Origin: Zootoca vivipara | Taxonomy: Eukaryota | Assembly: GCF_963506605.1 (NCBI RefSeq) | Contig: NC_083283.1 | Location: 57,474,001 to 57,538,000, forward strand | Reading direction: 5' to 3' | Length of the DNA: 64,000 bases | Part shown: piece by piece, positions 10,632 through 22,095 of the stretch | Layout: each line of letters opens with the position of its first letter | Position numbering within the stretch: position 1 is the first letter of the stretch | Notes under the pieces: generated by a model | Database searches by the model: none | What the model was told of the DNA's origin: nothing | The model's input: the letters and a program-made list of their open reading frames with translations, nothing else | Made by a program: the position numbers and the translations under genes

Positions 10632-13600
10632 TCAGCAGATCTGTCGAATTCCTTGAGAGCTGGAAGGTTCCCCTTCGGTTTCTCCATCTAAATCATCCTC
10701 AGTAGAATCACTTTCCTCATATGCAATTTCTTCCACGTCTGGATTTTTCAGTGTCTCTAGACTTTCTAGTGCTTGTCCAGTTAGTCGCTAGAGATGTATG
10801 ATGAGGCATTAGTGATACTGTCAGAACAGTGCTAGAATTTAGCTTTTGAAGCCAAGTAATATATTATACAGCAGTTAACTTTTTAAAAGATACTCCATCA
10901 GAACTACATGCTTTATACAACAATTTGCAAAGCACCTTGCACATTCTCCTAGTATTTATTACTACCATGTGAGATAATGTTATCTTACTGCAAATCTTGG
11001 GGGGGTGGGAGGGAAGGGTGATAATGCAGAGGCAAGGTGTGAAGGACTGACATAAAATGCAGGATTCTGTGACTGTTAGACCTAATTGAGATGAAGTAAA
11101 AAAAGTTCACACCCAGGTCTAACAGTCACAGAATCCTGCATTTTATTCTTGGATATAAAACTTTAACCTGCAGAGAAGTGTAAAGGTAAAGGGACCCCTG
11201 ACCATTAGGTCCAGTCGTGACCGACTCTGGGGTTGCAGCACTCATCTCGCATTATTGGCCGAGGGAGCCGGCATACAGCTTCCAGGTCATGTGACCAGCA
11301 TGATAAAGCCGCTTCTGGCGAACCAGAGCAGCACATGGAAACGCCGTTTACCTTCCTGCCTGAGCGGTACCTATTTACTTGCACTTTGACATGCTTTTGA
11401 ACAGCTAGGTTGGCAGGAGTTGGGACCAAGCAACAGGAGCTCACCCCGTCGCAGGGATTCGAACCACCGACCTTCTGATCGGCAAGCCCTAGGCTCTGTG
11501 GTTTAACCCACAGCGCCACCCACGTCCGCAGAGAAGTGTACAGTATATTAAATTCTGACTTTATAGTCACTTTCTCTAGCGACTACCTCAGAAAATTATT
11601 TTGAGGCAAAGCTGGGAGAGTCCTAGCACATAACTCCAGATTAGACAAGATCTCTGCAAAGCACAGACTCCAACACTGATGTTACTTGTATATAAGCTAC
11701 AAGTATCAGTTGACAGGTTATCAGCTGAAATACATGACCTAAAAACTGGTGCCTGCATTTTAAAAAAGGGGAAAGCTAAGTAGAACACAATACAATTCAC
11801 ATTTGACATTTTGCTTTTATATCAACACCAAATTAGACTTCTTACACAAGATGGGAAAGCACTTTGAACCACTGTTTATCAGAAGCATCTTCTCCACATT
11901 ATAAGCATAATGTTATAACAATGGTGAAAAAAGCACAAGCCAAGAAAAGGACTCATGTTCCAAGATATCCTGTTTTTAGACTTTAGATCAGGATGCACAA
12001 GATCGATCAAAATAACACATTTTGTCTGGGTTTTTCAACAGGGCACTTGAGCATATGTTCCACCACCCACATTAGTCCACAATTTACTCTTTTTGCAAAG
12101 TAGCCCTGATAGTAGATGGTAACAATCTCTTGTGCAAGATTAGACAAGATGCAGAATACAGTTTGAGAATATTGCTGTTTACTATCACTGTAGCTTACCT
12201 CAATCATATTTGCCATATATTGTACATGGCTGGCTAACTCTGCAAGCTCTTCATTTTCTTTTTTTAGACAAACAATTTCACCATCTTTTAATTCAATTTC
12301 CTTATGGAGCTAGGGGGGGAAGCAGACAGAGTTTAAGCATCAATGGTAGTGAAAAGCTGATACTTCTGCTGATACTACATAAAATTACCTTTTCATTTTC
12401 TTGCAACACCTCATACAGAGCTTTCCTCCTCTCCTCAGCCAATTCCTTCCAATACCGAGATGAAGGATTACCTGCAAAGAAATGTAAGGATTTTAAAGTC
12501 CCCGTGAGCACATAATAGAAAACCAGTTAAAGGTTTATTGTGAACGTGCAGACAGGTTCTGCTTGCTCCTCCGAGTGTGAGCAATAAGCCATGATCCTTG
12601 GTTTTTGCATTCTGTCTGAACCAGAGTTTATGCTTTATTTGCTCGAATCAACCACAACTGGCCAGAGCAAATGTTGGCTTTACAATGTAGTTTGTTCGGA
12701 AGGAAAACCTGCAATCCCCAGTTCAGACAAATGACTTACGTCAAGGATCATCACTGATTGCTCCCACTGTGGGAAGCAAAGTAGGAGCCACCTGTACATT
12801 CATGACAAGCCATTAGCTATAGCTTACTGTGGCATACAAATGCCACAACAAAGGCTGTGGCTCATGCTTTGCATGCACACGGTTGAAGGTTCAATCCTTG
12901 GAATCTCCAGGTAGGGATTGGAATGTCCCATCAGAAGCCCAGGGAAACTGCTGCCAGTCAGTGGAACCTGATGGAACAATATGGAACCTGATGGATCAAT
13001 GGCCTGAATCAGGCAGCTTCCTACCGTATGTTCCTAGGACTGCAAACTATGGTATTCAAAATTTGATTTCTGGGACTCCCTTCCCCAACTTTTGACTCAA
13101 GTCTATCAATCAATCAATAAGCTTTATTTGCATAGCTGACAGCCATAGCAACAGAATACACGCAATATACAATTAAAAACAACATGGATAAAAGAATCAG
13201 TCATATGTCTATGATTATTTCGTTTAAAAGATAGCCCTTAGTCTCAAGTCATATTACTATTAAGAAAATATATAGCCAGCTTTTCCACTGCAGAAACACT
13301 CAGGCAGCTTACAGTTACTAAAACCGTCCACACACAAAAAATACAGCATTAAAGCAGAGAGGAGCAGCAAATCATGACTTAAGTGTAAGAATTGCTGCTG
13401 ATCCAGCTGCTTATCTCCATGCTTCCTTTTGATTAGACTTAGCCTGCTCAACTAGTTAAGAGTATGGGGGGGGGGGCAATGCATGATGTCTCAAGTCAAA
13501 TGCCATCTGCAAAGTCAGTGTGGCACTATTACTAAGTGAATCTTCATTTCAATACAGTGCAGCAGTTAAGTGCTTCCCATATTCTGTCAAACTCGCCCAA

Positions 13601-16600
13601 GTTTGTCAAAGCAGAAACAAAAACCTATGCATGCAAGAATGTGTATGTGACCAACAACACTGAGAAGTGTGTGCCATACTATTTTCTGCGGGTATGTGAT
13701 TCACACTTATCACTGGCAAAGTACCGAGAAGGAAAGAAAGCAGCACACGCCAGCTAGTCCCATTTTGTTCATATTTACCATATGTTACACAGTTCCAGCA
13801 CAGCAACATAAAAGGAAACTAGACAAATTCATAGAGGATAAAGCCTGCCAATGGCTACTAGTCAAGTTGCATATATGTTGCCCTCCAGATTCAGAGACAG
13901 AATACTTCTAAATACCAGTTGGAAAGGCCATTGCCTTCATGCAAGACTAGATAGATCTTGGGTCATATCCAGCAGAGCTCTTTCACCAAGGCAATTCATG
14001 TTTACATATACCTTCCAGCTCAGCACTTATTAGAAGATTGTCACTGCTTTTTTTCTTAAGAAGCAACATACCTTTTACTGTAAGATCAGAAGCCTGAAGA
14101 ACTCCTTTTGCAGTTCTGTGTTCTGTTTCAACAGCAACTTCTGGTTTGGAAACCTTTGAGGTAAGCTGATCACTCCAAATTTTCCTCTTGACTGAAGATT
14201 TGTCCTGCTGAGAGTTTTATTAGTTGAGAATTCCAAGTAGGCATGCCTTAACAAGCCATTCTTCCCACCTAGTCACAGTTAACCTTAAAACTATATTCCC
14301 ACTTGTCATCTGGTGCAAAGTTTTAGGGATTTAAATGACGGAAGATGGATCTTCAGGTGCATCCAACATAGCATTCAAACCCATTGGTACATGCAAGCCT
14401 ATATACTGTGTAGACTAGCAATCTAATTGTATATTATCAATGAAAATTAACAGAACAGGCAAATTTCAGCTTAACTGTCAGCTCACTTAAGCTTTCTAGC
14501 TTCCAAAAATATATTGCTCAGATTGCATTCCAGCAGCAGTACATACCTCCTTTGCCCTTCCAACAAGACAACCTGTAATAGATGGCTGTATCATCTTAAG
14601 GGTCTGTCTTTGTGATGTGCAATTTTTATTGCTTGTAGAAGTATTGCTTGTGGAAGCCTGCTTTGAAAAGAAGACATTCAGTGAATCTACTTCAGCTAGG
14701 ATTTAAGGTTGTCAATTCAAAAATTTTCAAGAAAGCTTGCATTGACATTTAAGGGTTACATACATTTCAGTTACATGCAGTAAATCAGGTGATCTTTATA
14801 AAGAAACAATCTCACATGATGTAGTGTTAAACACAAGTTTTGCATCTTAAATACTGGCTTTTGAACTTTGTCTTAACTGCAGGCCAGAGTTTCTGCTTAA
14901 TCTCATTTCACCAATAAGGAGTACTGAGCACACCTGAGACACAAACATTTTTATATGAACAAAAAAATTACTTGAGTGCACATTTCCTTTGATTTGTGCT
15001 GGGTGCCTAGTTGTTTTGCCTGAGACATAACACACTGATCCAGCCAGGGTATTGTTTTGGAGGAACAGAATGTCTATCACCTTCCTTGTCATATGTAAAT
15101 ACCCATTTCCTGCATTAGTTCTTTTTTTTAAAAAAATGTTATACTGCCACCATGAGATAGCAAACAATGGTAGATAATCAAACAAGGATAGCAGGAACAT
15201 AATGTCATACTAGCGTGGGAAAGTTAGCGATTCACACTGTACTTCACATGGCAAGAGCTCACCTTTCCCACGGTAAAGTTTCTACTGCCAATTAGCTTTA
15301 CTATTGAACTAAAAGGACAAGTGCCAGGTACTGTGGGAACCAGCACTGTGCTACACTTCAAATAATACTTACTGCTGTTGAAGTAGCCAGTGAATATTTC
15401 TGACAACTGCAGCCTATCACTTGCTTGGATTAACCTATTACTTTTAATATTTTATGTTTAACAAGGTAGTGCCTTCTGAACAGCAAAACCAGACAGCAAG
15501 TACAAATTTAACTAAGAATATGGAGGCTGGCAAAGTGGAGGGAGGGGGAGAGAAAGGAGCACCAGGGTCAAGAACAGATGGGTGTGAAGCCAACATCCCA
15601 ACAACCCCCTTTATCACAACACAATTTAGATTCCCTCTTCAGTTTCCTTTATTCTACCAGAATGAGCAGCATCACTCTTCAGTAAGAATCCACAAATTAG
15701 CTTGCTGTGGAAACCATGGTGAGTATTTCTCCCACTTTAGCAATTATGACCTTAAGTGCAACAGAACATGCCTCCCTGGGCCAAAATATGATCCAAACAC
15801 ATTTATGAAGGTGACCCGGAAACTACAACTAATCCAGAATGCGGCAGCTAGACTGGTGACTGGGAGTGGCCGCCGAGACCACATAACACCGGTCTTGAAA
15901 GATCTACATTGGCTCCCAGTACGTTGCCAAGCACAGTTCAAAGTGTTGGTGCTGACCTTTAAAGCCCTAAATGGCCTCGGTCCAGTATACCTGAAGGAGT
16001 GTCTCCACCCCCATCGTTCTGCCCGGACACTGAGGTCCAGTGCTGAGGGCCTGCTGGCAGTTCCCTCGTCGCGAGAAGCCAAGTTGCAGGGAACCAGGCA
16101 GAGGGCCTTCTCGGTGGTGGCGCCTGCCCTGTGGAACACCCTCCCATCAGATGTCAAAGAAAAAAACACCTACCAGATTTCTGGAAGACATCTGAAGGCA
16201 GCCCTGTTTAGGGAGGCTTTAAATGTTTAATAGATTATTTTATTTCATTTTTCTGTTGTAAGCCGCCCAGAGTGGCTGGGGAAACCCAGCCAGATGGGCG
16301 GGGTATAAATAAATAAATAAATAATAATAGTGAAGGGTGACAAGGACAAGCTAAAAGACGGGTGCAAGGTAGGTGATTTACACCTACAGTTGTATTGTGC
16401 TTTAAAGATGCTACAAGCACCTCCTTAGCCTCCTATGAGAGGATGGGTCTCATCTCTGACATGCCAATCTGTCTTGTATCAAGCTACATCCCATGTCTAG
16501 ACTAGCAGCACCTCCACAGTTTCAAGCAGCAATCTTTTCCAGCCCTACCTGGAATTAAGTCTGGGACCTTCTGCATGCAAATCTTTCGATTTACCACACA

Positions 16601-18267
16601 GCTATAGCCCCTCCAAGCATGTGAAGGGGAAAGGCTGATGATGAGCAAATCAACCACCTATGTATTGCAACTTTGTACCAGTTACAAGGAACATAGGGAA
16701 TGGATCCTCTTTGTGCCTTGTAGAACTGAAAGCTCAGAACATCCATTACTCAGAGAGCATAGGATCTTTGCACACAACTATGAGCAGGTCACATTTTAAG
16801 ACGCTAGGACAGACATTTTCAACCTTTCTGAGTCCATGGCTCCGTGACCAACTACATTCTCCCTTGACCAAATACATTATTTCTGCAGCACCCGTGGGGC
16901 TCAGGAGCCTAGTTACGTCATCCCTTGCCTGTAGAGCTGGCAGCCTCTGACCCTTTCTCGAACACCCTCCCTTGCGGAATGCTCCCTCCCTCAGCCTCCT
17001 CTCCTCTCTCATTGGGAGTCCTCTGGGCAGCTGCTGCTTCCGCTCCTAGCCAGCCCCAGAGGCACCATTAGCCTGAGGAGCTTATAGCCAGGACAGCTGC
17101 AACAAACAGCTGTGCAAGCCTTTAGGAGGAAGATATGTGAGGGCATCAGAGAAGGAGGGGAAGGAAAGAGGGACAGAGGTCAGTGTTGCTCGTGGCACCC
17201 TTGACCATCATTCAAGGCAACCTAGGGTACCACGGCACACTGGTTGAAAATTACTGCTCTAGGGCAAGACACACATAATGTGTGTACACGTTGAAGTACT
17301 GACCAAGACACATTACTCAAAACATCTGAATTAATAGCACCTAATTATTATTAACAACAGGTGCTTCCTCTTACCATATTTTCATACCTTTCACCCTCCA
17401 ATTAAACAAAAACAGTATTATGAATGCAACTGGGTACAAGAGACATTTTATAGCCTCTGCCATGGAATCCTTCAGATCCCTTGGCAAGGCAACCACCATT
17501 ACTGTACAGTGGTACATCGGTTTAAGAACACTCCAGTTTAAGAATGATTCGGTTTACAAACTCTGCAAAACCAGAAATAGTGTCCCAGTTTGAGAACTTT
17601 ACCTCGGTCTAAAAACGGAATCCGAATGGTGGAAGGACACCAGCGGTGGGAGGCCTCATTAGGGAAAGCACGCCTCTGTTTAAGAACGGTTTTGGTTTAA
17701 GAACAGACTTCCAGAACGGATTAAGTTCGTAAACCGAGGTACCACTGTACATCAAACTTGTTATAACTCAATTAGGTTCCAGTCTCATATGCAAAACACA
17801 AATCCTGGTGACAGTAAGCAAGGCAGTAGGATAGACTGCAGTGTTGCAGAGGTATCTGTGGTTGGTTTTAGGCCAGGCTTCCTCAACCTCAGCCCTCCAG
17901 ATGTTTTTGGCCTACAACTCCCATGATCCCTAGCTAGCAGGGCCAGTTGTCAGGAATGATGGGAATTGTAGTCTCAAAGCATCTGGAGGGCCGAGGTTGA
18001 GGAAGCCTGTTCTAGGCAATATTTAATCTATACAGTTCTGAAGACAATTTTGAATACATATTGTAATGCACTAAATCTACTGACTAGATCTTCAGTTTTG
18101 GTCTATTTATAAAAAGAAGTACAAGCTTAATATCTATGAACTCTATGAAAATAGAGCTGTACAGTATACACAATCACCATTTGTCATTACATCTTGGCAA
18201 GTATCAGTATTACCTTTGTAGCAAGGGGCTTCTCAACATCCAGTTTCTGTTTCATCCTAGAATTCAT
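10632..18267 (-). CDS. GMNN: Geminin, DNA replication licensing inhibitor, 6 coding exons, ~215 aa
   Basis: Minus-strand exons: 18267-18214 ([18 protein letters not shown]), 14657-14547 (D-box RQTLKMIQP...GCLVGR), 14204-14072, 12471-12389 ([27 protein letters not shown]), 12309-12199 ([37 protein letters not shown] coiled coil), 10787-10632 (acidic tail, TGA). 648 nt with consistent phases. Confidence 0.95.
11183..11527 (-). mobile_element. Sauria SINE
   Basis: Reverse-strand (ACCTTT)n tail and tRNA-like head; 13-bp TSD GCAGAGAAGTGTA at 11170-11182 and 11528-11540. Confidence 0.9.
12850..13035 (+). mobile_element. Degraded squamate tRNA-derived SINE (Squam3-like)
   Basis: GGCTGTGGCTCA...GGTTCAATCCTTGGAATCTCCAGGTAGGG...CTGCCAGTCAGTG...GCAGCTTCCTA; a similar copy lies at 27570-27745. 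Confidence 0.5.
15806..16329 (+). mobile_element. L2-type LINE 3' fragment
   Basis: Open RT C-terminal peptide [15 protein letters not shown]...[14 protein letters not shown]...[15 protein letters not shown]...HLKAALF, then a 3' UTR and (TAAA)n/(TAA)n tail. Confidence 0.85.
16810..17255. mobile_element. Degraded hAT-like non-autonomous element
   Basis: Imperfect TIRs CAGACATTTTCAACC / GGTTGAAAATTACTG. Confidence 0.45.
17507..17747. mobile_element. Tigger/pogo-type MITE
   Basis: TIR CAGTGGTAC...GTACCACTG with TA duplications at 17505-17506 and 17748-17749. Confidence 0.85.
17874..18009. mobile_element. Palindromic hAT MITE (~135 bp)
   Basis: CAGGCTTCCTCAACC...GGTTGAGGAAGCCTG; 8-bp TSD TTTTAGGC/TTCTAGGC. 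Confidence 0.85.
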
Positions 18268-19401
18268 TGTCTACTTTCAAGCAGAGTCCTATATAGGCAT
18301 AAAATGTACAAGCAGCACATTAAAGTAAGCAGAGATGTCCAGTGCAGCTACAAATCAGAGTTCATACATTAGGTCTGGATGGTTCTCTCCCAATTCCTAT
18401 GAGCAGTTTCAAACCTCCGTTTAACTCTGGGCATAGCCCTCACAGTTATGGTTCGCTAACAGCAGTTTTCATCTACCAAGAGAGTGTATCAGAAGAGATA
18501 CTTTTTCCTATCTTTGAAGTTGACTTTAACACCTTATAACTTCCAGTCATAATACCAGGACCAGCAATTTCAATATCACAAGCGGCCACTCCATATGACT
18601 AAACTGAGGCATGGGAGAAAAGGAAAGCAGGGACACCATCTTTCCATTCCAGCTGATTGTTATAATGCTAGAATGATTAATCTGAGCTAAGAAATGTGTC
18701 CTTATGGTAGCCCTGTGATGCCTCAGCTTTACATGGCAAAGGTTTTATTGCTTATATTTTTTAATAAAAAAATGCAAATACATAAATCTCACAGTTTAGC
18801 CGACCACATTTCTGAGTCAGAAGGCAATGAGTATTAGGACCCTTTTGTGTTGCAGCACAACCCTGAGCCTGTATTTTCACCAACTGGGAGCATCTTTTTT
18901 ACAATGTCGAAATAGCAAACTTGTATCTGGAAGTAATGTGTTAAACATGGTCAAAGTGCTAGAACTGTCCTAAGGAAAGGACCTCTAAACATTCCAGGAG
19001 CAAAGCTGGTCCATTATTAAAAGATCTTATGTTCTAACTACAGTGATTTTATGTGTCTCCATTTCGTTTAGCATTTCAATCTTTCAAAGCACTAAAGACA
19101 AATTGCGATTACAGAGTTTTATTCCTATTCTATCCTCTTCCACTTTATTTACCACTACTGGTTTTGTATGCACCATCTCCACTGCACCTGCAAGATTAAG
19201 AAGGCAAACTAACAACAGTAAAGGATGGTTAAAACATGGCAAGTAGTAGCTTATCTTTAATAAATGCTCCCAAATGTGCACCTTAAATGTTATTTTATCC
19301 TCTAAAAGAGAGAAGGCAATAGAGAATTCTGACCTGGCCACAACCTAATTCAACTTTTAATATTGCAGTTCAATCCCTGAAGAGCTTTGAAAGCTGTAGA
19401 A

Positions 19402-19537
19402 CAGGCATCCCCAAACTTCGGCCCTCCAGATGTTTTGGACTACAATTCCCATCATCCCTGACCTCTGGTCCTGTTAGCCAGGAATTATGGGAGTTGGAGG
19501 CAAAAACATCTGGAGGGCCGCAGTTTGGGGATGCCTG
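19402..19537. mobile_element. Palindromic hAT MITE
   Basis: CAGGCATCCCCAAACT...AGTTTGGGGATGCCTG; TSD CTGTAGAA/CTATAGAA. Confidence 0.85.
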
Positions 19538-19603
19538 CTATAGAATGAAGGCAATTTCTAATCACACCCAAACAGCTCATATTCCTTCCTTCTGAAGCTA
19601 ATA

Positions 19604-19844
19604 CAGTGGTACCTCAGTTTACAAACTTAATCCGTTCCTGAAGTCCATTCTTAAACCAAATCCACTCTTAAACCGAGGTGTGCTTTCCCTAATGAGGCCT
19701 CCCATCGCCGGTGCCCTTCCACCGTTCGGTTACTGTTTGTAGACCGAGGTAAAGTTTGCAAACCGCAACACTTCTTCCAGTTTTGCAGAGTTTGTCAACC
19801 GAATCATTTGTAAACTGGACTGTTCTTAAACCAAAGTACCTCTG
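19604..19844. mobile_element. Tigger/pogo-type MITE, inverted relative to 17507-17747
   Basis: TA|CAGTGGTACC...GTACCTCTG|TA; the internal sequence matches the reverse complement of the 17.5 kb copy with scattered mismatches. Confidence 0.85.
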
Positions 19845-20549
19845 TATATATTCATATATTAATATATATTAATAACATATGTATATATTAATTTTGTTTT
19901 GCTATCTGAGCATTTATCAGTTTATGTGACTGTCAGTTCGTGAAAATATCCAGAGCACTTGAACAGCTGGAATATGGGTTTTTAAAGTGCAGACTAGGGA
20001 AGTGCTGCATTTGGTACCAAGACCACTATTCTTATAATAGTCAAGTAGTCCTTGCCAAACCTATAAAAAGGTAACTTGCGTGCCTCTCGCAGCCACACCA
20101 GATTCTTTTCAGCAGGAGCTTGGCCTGTTCTGAAGGGTAGCTCCCAAAAATGGAAATGTGCATGTTCACTCTGTGTATGTCAATGTATACTGAGGGCCTC
20201 TGGCTGTACTCCTTCACCCTAAGCAAGGGAAAGGTCTTCCACGTGGAAGGGCGCAAACTTCCCAACTGCCTGGCGCCTCCCCCCAAAGTTGCATTGCTGA
20301 GCTCGGGGTCCCTTCTCGTTTCAAACAAATGTGTGGGGAAGCTCCTTCACGTGTCGAGTCGGGTCACAGATGCAGGCGAGGTTCTCAAATAATAACAACA
20401 ACCAAGCACAAGCCACAGCACCACGAGCACTAGCCCCTCTTTGAAGAACAGGGAGGGTGTGGGGGGGAAGCCAGAAGAGGGGAGCCTTCCCTGCTTTAGA
20501 AATGGCTGACATCACCATATATCTAAAGCACCTTCACCCCCCCATTGCC

Positions 20550-21010
20550 ACCACAACCTGGGAACTGCAGTCCCCCCCCAGCTACAACTCCCACCACCCT
20601 TCACGAACTACAGTTCCCAGCGTTGGTGGAGGGGTGCGTGCGTGCGGCCCCTTAGGATAACGACTCTCTCGCCCCTAGACTCACCAGCCTCGACGCTCGC
20701 TCAGGCTGCCCGCGCGACCAAGACTCCCGGCGGCCACCGCTGCCCGCCTTTTCCCCCTTCGCACGTTAATCCCGCGCGCTCGCTTGAACAAGGAAAAGCC
20801 TTTCTCTCGCGCGCGCAGCCGTAAAAATACATCGCGGCGTCGGGTGGGCGGGCGAGCGTCGTTGCGTCAGGCGGGCTCTCCGCCAGTACCCTGTCCTCCG
20901 GCGAACAGTTTCTAGCCAATCACGTTCGGGGGGTTGGGGGAAAGTCGCAACCAATAGTTGCTTCCGGCGTTTCCTTTGAGCCGCCCCACCATCACCCGCG
21001 CGCGTTAGCA
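20550..21010 (-). promoter_or_regulatory. GMNN: GMNN CpG-island promoter and non-coding exon 1
   Basis: CpG-rich. Minus-strand donor GTGAGT at 20684-20679; CCAAT boxes at 20916 and 20951; ETS-like CTTCCGG at 20961; ZNF143-like AACTACAGTTCCCAG at 20606-20620. Confidence 0.75.
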
Positions 21011-21302
21011 GCATAACAAGTTTCTTGGGAAGAGTTTTGGGCTTGCATTTTTTTTAAGGTGGGGAGGGGGGCGAGTTGGAGGTCGTCTAAGGCGACCTCC
21101 TAAAGGAGAGCGCTCTAAAGGAGAGCGTTGCTTATATAGCTGCAAACCTAAGCTCTGCTGAGTTCAGTGGGGCTTACTCCTGAGTAAAGGGAGCTTTCAT
21201 GCTTAGCTGAATGTCCCATTGAACTGACAGCAATCCTGTGCATTATTCCTCAGAAGTAAGTGGCAGTGGATTGCAGTTAGTCCTCAGTCATTTCAGCAGG
21301 GC

Positions 21303-22095
21303 TTGTTGTTGTTGTTTAGTCGTGTCCGACTCTTCGTGACCCCATGGACCATAGCACGCCAGGCATGGGCGTACCCAGGATCAAAACTAGGGGGGGCAAG
21401 GGGAGGGGCCAAGGCACGGAAGGGGAGGGGCCACAAAGTGGGCGGGAACGGCGAACTCGCGCTCCGCCGGGCTGTGCCCCTCCCTAGAAGCAGGGCTGGT
21501 GGGCGGAGGCGGAGCCCAGCCCAGCGGAGCGCGAGTTCAGCGTTCCCGCCCGCCGCGCCGCGCTCTCTGGTTCCCCGCCGCGCTTGGCCTTGCCAGAGGG
21601 CGCGACGGGGAGCTGGAGGGAGGGCGCAGCGCGGCGGGCGGGAACGGCGAACTCGCGCTCCGCCGGGCTGTGCCCCTCCCTAGAAGCAGGGCTGGTGGGC
21701 GGAGGCGGAGCCCAGCCCAGCGGAGCGCGAGTTCGGCGTTCCCGCCCACCGCGCCGCGCTCCCTGTTTCCCCGCCGCGCTTGGCCTTGCCTGAGGGCGCG
21801 CCGGGGAGCTGGAGGGAGGGTGCTGCGCGGCGCGGCGGGAATGGCGAACTCGCGCTCTGCCGGGCTGTGCTCCACCTCTGCCCACCAGCCCTGCTTCTAG
21901 AGTAGGGCAGCTGCCCTAACTTGCCCCGTGGTGGGTACGCCCTTGACGCCAGGCACTCCTGTCTTGCACTGCCTCCCGCAGTTTGGTCAAACTCATGTTC
22001 GTAGCTTCGAGAACACTGTCCAACCATCTTGTCCTCTGACGTCCCCTTCTCCTAGTGCCCTCAATCTTTCCCAACATCAGGGTCTTTTCCAAGGA
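21303..22095 (-). mobile_element. Bov-B (RTE) LINE 3' fragment, split by a hAT insertion
   Basis: 21303-21363 and 21946-22095 are near-identical to the 3' end of the Bov-B at 39942-40150; (CAA)n tail. Confidence 0.9.
21364..21945. mobile_element. hAT-type non-autonomous element with ~196-bp GC-rich tandem repeat
   Basis: TIR CATGGGCGTACCCA / TGGGTACGCCCTTG; perfect 8-bp TSD ACGCCAGG (21356-21363, 21946-21953); repeat units start at 21441, 21637 and 21834. Confidence 0.85.

Noticed and set aside
15454-16230. 258-aa ORF antisense to a GMNN intron
   Set aside because: The C-terminal half is an L2 RT fragment and the N-terminal half is random intronic sequence.
21303-22027. Arg/Gly/Ala-rich ORFs
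   Set aside because: Products of the GC-rich 196-bp repeat.
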